Of a stretch of DNA of 64,000 nt, positions 57,626 through 64,000 are shown one piece after another. How positions within the stretch are numbered: position 1 is the first letter of the stretch; every line of letters starts with the position of its first letter. The notes below the pieces were generated by a model. It did no database searches and was not told the DNA's origin. It was given only the letters and a program-made list of their open reading frames with translations. Location of the stretch: NCBI GenBank assembly GCA_044450345.1, contig JBIOIY010000001.1, positions 183,009 to 247,008 on the forward strand. The letters run 5' to 3'. A program made the translations under genes and the position numbers. Source of the DNA: Thermodesulfovibrionales bacterium (lineage in GTDB: Bacteria; Nitrospirota; Thermodesulfovibrionia; Thermodesulfovibrionales; UBA6898).

Positions 57626-60569
57626 GGTCAGGTCGACCAAGACGGCGCGAGAGCAAAAAAGGATCAGAGAGATCGGTCTGCGACTCTACGAATCGATGAG
57701 CGATCTGCCCTCGATCTTCGATAAGAGGAGATGGATGGGGAGGCTCATGGACCGGACGATGAGAGACGAAGAGTTCAGACTCAACCTCTTCAGATACGTC
57801 GACGCACTTCCCTCACTGAAAAGCGATGCCCTCGTAGCAGGCCTGATGCAGGAATATTTTTCGGACATCAAAGCCGCCCCGTTGCTGATACGGAAAGGCA
57901 TTGAGCGCATCTCAAGGGGTTTTATAACCATTGTCGCTGCACGGCTGATAAAGTCAGGCGTCAAATCTCTGGCAAGACAGTTCATCGCCGGAGAGGGACA
58001 TTGGGACGCCCTGAAGACGCTCGATGCCCTCTGGGAAAACGGCTTTGCCAGCAGTGTAGATCTTCTCGGAGAAGAAGTGCTGAGCGACAGAGAAGCGGGG
58101 GAATATATACAAAATTACCTGCGGCTGCTCGGCTTTCTCGCCTCCCGGGCCGCGGAATGGAAGCAGGATGCTGTTCTTGAAAAAAATGATAGAGGACCGA
58201 TACCGAGGTTCGACATCTCTTTTAAAGTGACATCCCTCTATTCTCAGCTCGACCCCGCGGATTGGGAAGGCTCTATTGAAAAGGCGAAGGAAAGCCTGAG
58301 ACCGATCATCGCCTTGGCGCGGGACGTTGGGGCCTCCCTCTGTTTCGACATGGAGCAGTACTATTACAAAGATCTGATCATCGAGATCTTCAAGCAGATA
58401 CTGGATGAATTCGAAGACTATCCGTTTGCGGGCATAGCCATTCAGGCTTACTTGAAAGAATCGAGAAGGGACCTTCTTGACCTGATTGACTGGGCGAAGA
58501 CGAGGAAAAGACAGGTCTCCGTGCGGCTCGTGAAAGGGGCTTACTGGGATTATGAGGTGGTCATAAATCGCCAGAGAGGATGGCCTGTGCCGGTATTCCA
58601 GAACAAGGAAGAGACAGACGCCAACTTCGAGGAACTCACGAAGATGCTTCTCGAAAACCCGGAATTCGTACGTTCTGCTCTCGCGACCCACAATATAAGG
58701 AGTATCAGTCACGCAATCGCCATTGCGGAGGCACTGGACCTTCCGAAGAATGCCTACGAGTTCCAGATGCTTTTCGGGATGGGAGAACCCTTGTGGAGAG
58801 AACTCCGGAAGATGGGATACCGGGTAAGGGTCTACACCCCCGTAGGAGAACTCATTCCAGGGATGGCATACCTCGTAAGAAGGCTTCTCGAAAATACCTC
58901 AAACACCTCTTTCCTGAGGGGGGTTTTCGCGGATAACAGGCCTTTCGAGGAAATAATCAAACCTCCCGCGCTGAAGTGTCCGCAGATTCTGGAACAACGT
59001 TCTTCCGCATTCAGGAACGAGCCATCCATAGATTTCTCGAAGGCTGAAAACAGGGGGAAAATGGGGCAGGCATTGCGATTGGCAGCAACTCATTTTGCCG
59101 CCAGATACCCCCTTCACATCAATGGAGAAGATGTTTTCAGTGACAAAGAGATCCTCTCTCTCAACCCTGCCGATCCCGCAGTGGTAGTGGGGAGGGTATC
59201 CTCCGCAGACAGTGACGATGCCGGGCGGGCAGTGGCGGCGGCCCGGGATTCATGGGACGCATGGAGAAATACCGCACCTGCGAAGAGGGCGGACTTTCTT
59301 TTTAAAGCAGCTGCCGCATTGAGGAAAAAGAGGTTCGAGATTGCGGCCCTCGAAGTATATGAAGTGGGAAAGACCTGGAAAGACGCCGACGCAGATGTCG
59401 CCGAGGCAATTGATTTTATCGAATATTACGCCGGCGATATGGTCCGTCTGGGCAGGCCGTCACATCCCGGAGATTATCCCGGCGAGGCAAACGATTATTT
59501 TTATGAACCCAAAGGCGTCTGTGTTGTCATATCACCCTGGAATTTTCCTCTTGCCATTTCGGCCGGCATGGTCTCCGCCGCACTTGTCACTGGGAATTGC
59601 GTCATTTTCAAGCCCTCCAGTCTTGCCCCTGTTGTGGGACGGCAGCTTGTAGAGGCGTTCAGAGGCGCGGGACTGCCGCCGGGCGTGCTTCAGTTTCTGC
59701 CCGGGCCGGGCACTGAAGTCGGAGAATATCTCGTCGCCCACCAGGAAGTAGATTTAATCGCGTTCACTGGTTCCAAGGATGTGGGGCTGAGAATTATCAG
59801 GAATGGGTCCGATGTGAAGCCGGGACAACGGAGCGTTAAAAAGGTGATAGCCGAGATGGGCGGCAAGAACGCGATCATTGTAGATGAAACCGCTGAACTC
59901 GGTGAAACAGTAAAGGGTGTCCTGGAATCCGCCCTTGGATATCAGGGGCAGAAATGCTCCGCGTGCTCCCGGGTGATAGTGATTGAAGGGATTTATGATG
60001 AATTCCTGACGAGGCTGAAGGACGCGATGGAGAGCATCCGCATAGGTCTCCCCGAAGACCCAGGCACATTTATGGGACCCGTGATAGATGAAGGGGCCCT
60101 GCGTAAGATACAAAAATACGTCGATATCGGAAAGAAAGAGGCGAGACTATTTTTCTTCCGGGAAAAATCCGGAAAGGGGGTTTTTATCGGACCGGCGATA
60201 TTCACTGACGTCGATCCCTTGTCTACCCTGGCACAGGATGAAATATTCGGGCCTGTGCTCTCCGTCATAAAGGCAAGAAACATCGAAGAGGCAACAGATA
60301 TTGCAAACAACACCCCATATGCCCTGACCGGCGGAATCTTTTCGAGGAGCCCGCTCCATATCAGAAAGGTGCGTGAAGGATTCAGGGTGGGCAATCTTTA
60401 TATCAACAGGAAAATCACCGGCGCGCTCGTTGGAAGGCAGCCGTTCGGAGGCTTCGGCATGTCCGGAGTCGGCTCGAAAGCAGGCGGGCCGGATTATCTC
60501 CTTCAATTCATGGACCCCAGAAGCATAAGTGAAAATACGATACGAAGAGGGTTTGCGCCCCTCGGCTGA
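57618..60569 (+). CDS. putA: Bifunctional proline dehydrogenase / P5C dehydrogenase
   Basis: DLLGE, DME, RLVKGAYW, ATHN, YLVRRLLEN; PWNFP, FTGS, EMGGKN, GQKCSA, EIFGP, QPFGG. Confidence 0.95.
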   Translation: MHKVRSTKTAREQKRIREIGLRLYESMSDLPSIFDKRRWMGRLMDRTMRDEEFRLNLFRYVDALPSLKSDALVAGLMQEYFSDIKAAPLLIRKGIERISRGFITIVAARLIKSGVKSLARQFIAGEGHWDALKTLDALWENGFASSVDLLGEEVLSDREAGEYIQNYLRLLGFLASRAAEWKQDAVLEKNDRGPIPRFDISFKVTSLYSQLDPADWEGSIEKAKESLRPIIALARDVGASLCFDMEQYYYKDLIIEIFKQILDEFEDYPFAGIAIQAYLKESRRDLLDLIDWAKTRKRQVSVRLVKGAYWDYEVVINRQRGWPVPVFQNKEETDANFEELTKMLLENPEFVRSALATHNIRSISHAIAIAEALDLPKNAYEFQMLFGMGEPLWRELRKMGYRVRVYTPVGELIPGMAYLVRRLLENTSNTSFLRGVFADNRPFEEIIKPPALKCPQILEQRSSAFRNEPSIDFSKAENRGKMGQALRLAATHFAARYPLHINGEDVFSDKEILSLNPADPAVVVGRVSSADSDDAGRAVAAARDSWDAWRNTAPAKRADFLFKAAAALRKKRFEIAALEVYEVGKTWKDADADVAEAIDFIEYYAGDMVRLGRPSHPGDYPGEANDYFYEPKGVCVVISPWNFPLAISAGMVSAALVTGNCVIFKPSSLAPVVGRQLVEAFRGAGLPPGVLQFLPGPGTEVGEYLVAHQEVDLIAFTGSKDVGLRIIRNGSDVKPGQRSVKKVIAEMGGKNAIIVDETAELGETVKGVLESALGYQGQKCSACSRVIVIEGIYDEFLTRLKDAMESIRIGLPEDPGTFMGPVIDEGALRKIQKYVDIGKKEARLFFFREKSGKGVFIGPAIFTDVDPLSTLAQDEIFGPVLSVIKARNIEEATDIANNTPYALTGGIFSRSPLHIRKVREGFRVGNLYINRKITGALVGRQPFGGFGMSGVGSKAGGPDYLLQFMDPRSISENTIRRGFAPLG

Positions 60570-60678
60570 CCACAGAGAGATGCCTCCGACTTTTCATCAT
60601 GCTAAAAAAAATTTGCCGGGTGAACGCAGAGTACAGGTTTTAGTATTTCTGCGGGACAGCAATACTCCGGCGATATTT

Positions 60679-61116
60679 CTAACCTACAGAAACGGTCTTG
60701 CCCTTCATTTTTGTTCTGCCGGACACGCTGGATTTCAGAGAAATGTGAGAATTGCCCGATACCTCTGCAAACTCAAAAACTTCGGCATAGCCTGTCACCG
60801 TCGCGTTTCCAAAAACTGAGGCAAAACCATAGACTTTTCCATCACCGCATATCCGCGCGTCTCCAAAAACTTTCGCGTTGCCGAAAACCTGGGCATCATC
60901 ACATACTTCAGCCCTATCAAAAACCCAGGCATTGCCGAAAACCATTGCCTCGTTTGTGATTCTCGCCCTGCCACAGATTTTTACGAAGGGGCCTATGTAG
61001 GCTGTTTCAGCAACGTAAGCGGTCTCGGCGACCATCCCGCCTCCGTTAGGATGATGATGGTACTTAACGCCGTCAATGTCGACAACATCACCTGTAAACA
61101 GAACATTAACATCCAT
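60679..61116 (-). CDS. Hexapeptide-repeat (left-handed beta-helix) protein
   Basis: HPNGGG.VA.TA then (A-x-V-F-G-N) repeats; AGGAGG RBS. Confidence 0.8.
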   Translation of the reverse strand: MDVNVLFTGDVVDIDGVKYHHHPNGGGMVAETAYVAETAYIGPFVKICGRARITNEAMVFGNAWVFDRAEVCDDAQVFGNAKVFGDARICGDGKVYGFASVFGNATVTGYAEVFEFAEVSGNSHISLKSSVSGRTKMKGKTVSVG

Positions 61117-61443
61117 AACGTCCTCCTATACAGCAACTGATTGAATCTAATTACATCTTAGTACTGCGAGGATGCCGAGTCAATAATCTCTGCTCGAAAA
61201 ATTTCGCTGCCATCTTATCTTCCTCCAACTGCTTGGCAGTAAGATGATGATAACTAATGATGTTCATCACTTGTAAGGTTTAAATAATAGGGAAATTCAT
61301 AATTGCAATTTCACGTTGACAATCAGGGGATGATCTTTTTAACTTATCTTAAGTCATCCAGGGAGAAAAACCAGGCGGCCGTCTCTCAGGAAATAAAATG
61401 CGGCGTTCAAAAATTTTTTGACCTATTTACATATGGCGGGAAA

Positions 61444-61887
61444 ATGACACAGTCCAGGTTCTTTCAAATATCTTTGCTGCTTCCTTTTGTCCTGTGGTGC
61501 TTATGCCTGCTAGTTTTCTCGTTGGCGTACAAAGAAGGTGCGGCATTTATCTTGAATAATTTATATAATGCATGCCGTGTCTTTGTTCCTTACCTCATTT
61601 TTGCAGCGGTCATATGGAAGCTTGCGAGTGGAAAGTCTTACAGGCTGTTAATTCCCCTGGCTTCAGTCGTGCCGATTGTCTGGGGTGCCTTTTTTACACT
61701 TTTTTATATACTGATTTCCTATATCATGAAGCGCGCCATAGATACTTGGTATGTCCTTTGTATTATGGCTTTTTGGGCTACCGTGGTTGCGTATCTTGCT
61801 GAGATTATTCCATTCCTCATTCTCACCATATTCAAAGATGATTTTAAGCCGTGCCAGGGGAGAACGCCTTTGGACCATCGTCTCTGA
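61444..61887 (+). CDS. Hypothetical membrane protein
   Basis: Four hydrophobic segments; start uncertain. Confidence 0.6.
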   Translation: MTQSRFFQISLLLPFVLWCLCLLVFSLAYKEGAAFILNNLYNACRVFVPYLIFAAVIWKLASGKSYRLLIPLASVVPIVWGAFFTLFYILISYIMKRAIDTWYVLCIMAFWATVVAYLAEIIPFLILTIFKDDFKPCQGRTPLDHRL

Positions 61888-62042
61888 AGGGCCGGGCTTT
61901 TAGCGGCCATCTCTTTCCTGTTTTTCCTTCCCCCGGTAAGTAATATCCCCTGAACCCGGAAAAGCTGCCGTGCATGCAGAGTTGGCGATTCCATTTTTTT
62001 CCACTGTCCTATATTAGCCAATCTTTGAACCGTAGCTAGCAC

Positions 62043-62057
62043 TGGCATCTTTTTTGC
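62043..62057 (+). promoter_or_regulatory. Sigma54 -24/-12 promoter
   Basis: TGGCAT-CTTTT-TTGC with exact GG-N10-GC spacing, upstream of RBS AAGGAG and ORF 62080. Confidence 0.7.
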
Positions 62058-62079
62058 GAGTTAAACGTGGAAAGGAGAA

Positions 62080-62289
62080 TTGCTACTTAAAATGAGTATG
62101 TTTAAGGCAAGAGAATTGATTTCAATTTTGATGGATTCCTCATTATATCTGACTCTTCCTCTGAAAGAAAGACGTTCGCTTCTCGTGAAAATGGCCGAGG
62201 ATTACCCTTTTTTAGTCGAAGGAGAAGGCGAGCAGACAGAGGTCGTAGGATATGAAGCAAGCTGGGCCGGAATCTTCAGGACGTTTTAA
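62080..62289 (+). CDS. Small hypothetical protein
   Basis: RBS and sigma54 site upstream; LISILMDSSLYLTLPLKERRSL. Confidence 0.65.
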   Translation: MLLKMSMFKARELISILMDSSLYLTLPLKERRSLLVKMAEDYPFLVEGEGEQTEVVGYEASWAGIFRTF

Positions 62290-62466
62290 CCGGCTTAATT
62301 GCGTATTGAGAATTTCACCGGTAGTTGGTTATTTCGCCAGTTTACTACGAGCCATTTAGGCGCCGCACTTTTCCCTATGCATATCTCTCGGGAAAAAGGG
62401 GGCCTTCATTACCACCTCCGGGCAATTGAAATGGCCGGTAGTGTCCTAAAGGACACTCCCAAATGG

Positions 62467-63102
62467 CTATCCCACTTCAACCCCGAAGACTTCGGAAAAT
62501 CTTCCTTGCGACGCTAGATCCAGTTCTATGGAAGCCGGCCTGAAGGGTAACAGCAGCTTTTCAGCGCCTTCAAGTCTCGGTTCTATGATATACCTTCCCT
62601 GCACGATATCCCTGAAACAGCCTTCACTCCTGTTTTTTCTGACCCAGTACTTAAACCCCATCGAGAATGCGCCGTCATTCGAAGAAATAATGTTATTCAT
62701 GATACTTAAGTATTTTTCAATATCAAAGCTCTTTAATATGGCCAGTATGTTGATTGTTCTGTATTTTTTCTTGCCGTGGAGATAAAGATTTTTGACCACA
62801 TCCCCGGCCAGAAATGCCACGTGCCCTGAATTATTGATGAAATAATTGACAATCGGACCTATGTTTATTAAATCTTTCTTTTTCAGGAGATGAGAGTATT
62901 TCTCGGGACATCTTTCCAGCCTGAAGAGGGGCGTAGGACAAGAGCAAATCAATGAGGACTGATCGGCGTTCGTGGGATCCTTCGGGAAAAAAGCGGATAC
63001 ACTCTGGTTGCCCTGGCCAGCAGATGCCGGCTTCTGATCCGCGGGCGGGGTACCAATTCCGTATTGTATCACAATCCCTTCCCTTTCCTCTGATACCAAC
63101 AT
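62467..63102 (-). CDS. Hypothetical protein, possible degenerate nucleotidyltransferase fold
   Basis: FLAGDVVKNL...YRTINI resembles GGxVRD...DxD but lacks the aspartates. Confidence 0.5.
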   Translation of the reverse strand: MLVSEEREGIVIQYGIGTPPADQKPASAGQGNQSVSAFFPKDPTNADQSSLICSCPTPLFRLERCPEKYSHLLKKKDLINIGPIVNYFINNSGHVAFLAGDVVKNLYLHGKKKYRTINILAILKSFDIEKYLSIMNNIISSNDGAFSMGFKYWVRKNRSEGCFRDIVQGRYIIEPRLEGAEKLLLPFRPASIELDLASQGRFSEVFGVEVG

Positions 63103-63273
63103 TGTAATAGAAACTGAGAAAAAAAAGAAACAGCTTATTCCTCAGACGGAGATAATGAAAAACTATTAAAAAGGTGAGGATTGTCTGTGGGTACTTCACA
63201 TCACCCAGGGAAAGCAGTCGCAGTTACAATACGTATCTCGAAAAAGACTTTCTGCGTTGAATCTGCGGATCTC

Positions 63274-63633
63274 TTAGGTGTACTGAATGGAAACTTCGTA
63301 AATAATGGCCGAGTGGTCGGCGGACGGACTATTACTCGCACAGCTGAGTTCTCCCTTTGCCGCCTCTTTATGTTTTCCTACCATTGTGGTAACAACCTGG
63401 GTCAGATCGAATCCGCCGTCTCCGCATCCCTTGTTAAGGCAGTCCACCTTGAAGAAGGCATAGCTGCCGGGCGAGTAATTCACGGTCCTCTGTAATGCTT
63501 TTTTTATCCCCTTTTGGTTATAAATCATACTGATGACAATGCCGGCTACTTCCGGAAACTGGGCAGACACCGTTCCTGAATCAAGTCTCTGTTGTGCCCT
63601 TTCCATTCTTATCGGACTTCTTCTATAATTCAT
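63274..63633 (-). CDS. Hypothetical protein with Cys motif
   Basis: AGGAGG RBS; CLNKGCGDGGFDL...C. Confidence 0.7.
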   Translation of the reverse strand: MNYRRSPIRMERAQQRLDSGTVSAQFPEVAGIVISMIYNQKGIKKALQRTVNYSPGSYAFFKVDCLNKGCGDGGFDLTQVVTTMVGKHKEAAKGELSCASNSPSADHSAIIYEVSIQYT

Positions 63634-63647
63634 GTCCCTCCTAAATG

Positions 63648-63679
63648 AAAAAAGCCCACTCCCGGAGGAGTGGGCTTTT
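63648..63679 (-). terminator. Intrinsic terminator
   Basis: AAAGCCCACTCC-CGGA-GGAGTGGGCTTT with U-run, downstream of cold-shock gene. Confidence 0.85.
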
Positions 63680-63688
63680 CCCGGTTAA

Positions 63689-63889
63689 TTACAGTTTAAC
63701 CACATTGATCGCCTTGGGACCTTTAGGGCCCTTTTCAGTATCAAAGCTGACCTTGTCACCCTCGGCAAGACTCTTAAAGCCATTGCCCTGGATGGATGTG
63801 TGGTGAACAAAAGCTTCACTGCCGTCTTCATTGGTAATAAAGCCAAAACCTTTGCTGTCGTTAAACCATTTCACTGTTCCTTGTGCCAT
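63689..63889 (-). CDS. Cold-shock protein (CspA family)
   Basis: GTVKWFN..KGFGFI, FVH, GFKSL, GPKA.NV. Confidence 0.97.
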   Translation of the reverse strand: MAQGTVKWFNDSKGFGFITNEDGSEAFVHHTSIQGNGFKSLAEGDKVSFDTEKGPKGPKAINVVKL

Positions 63890-64000
63890 TTCTTTTACCT
63901 CCTTTTTATAAACTCAAATCTCAGAAGGCCCCAAGAAAAAGCGGCCACAAAGTCAAAAGTCTTTGTAGCCGCTGTAAACGCAAAAACTTCTAAAATTCTG

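Noticed and set aside
60679..61116. 18-nt periodicity
   Set aside because: Explained by ordinary hexapeptide repeats.
63941..63972. Hairpin upstream of the cold-shock gene as a separate ncRNA
   Set aside because: Probably part of the csp 5' UTR and truncated by the window edge; cannot support a family call.
1..64000. Genome-wide UGA reassignment (Trp or Gly) as the explanation for in-frame TGAs
   Set aside because: Many intact genes end at TGA (SulP 22123, acuC 36715, putA 60569) and Trp is encoded by TGG; the msrA TGA aligns to Cys.

Overview
Bacterial chromosomal window with about 60 CDS and no rRNA, tRNA, CRISPR array or intact transposase that I can see. Gene content (long-N-terminus PPDK, short bifunctional PutA, sigma54/TauE module) suggests an anaerobic Nitrospirota- or Desulfobacterota-like organism; this is inference. 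Housekeeping and accessory genes include pyk, nth, ftsY, putA, a cold-shock protein, an NHEJ operon with two Ku genes and split LigD, a peptidoglycan-remodelling operon and several sulfur-compound transporters. The most notable signal is absent from the ORF track: a strongly RBS-led small ORF (46261-46413, minus) with three in-frame TGA codons in a C-x-x-U-x-x-U-x-x-U-x-C register, followed by a SECIS-like hairpin and a terminator, directly upstream of a radical SAM/SPASM enzyme and a coupled ICMT-family methyltransferase. It is a candidate poly-selenocysteine RiPP system, possibly with attenuation control. A selenocysteine MsrA (GUFWG plus SECIS-like hairpin) in the same window supports UGA recoding in this genome. 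Other observations: a 114-bp palindromic element inserted in frame into a gene, an RNase H-GIY-YIG fusion, a sigma54 activator with a nonsense codon, and several families of small repeats.
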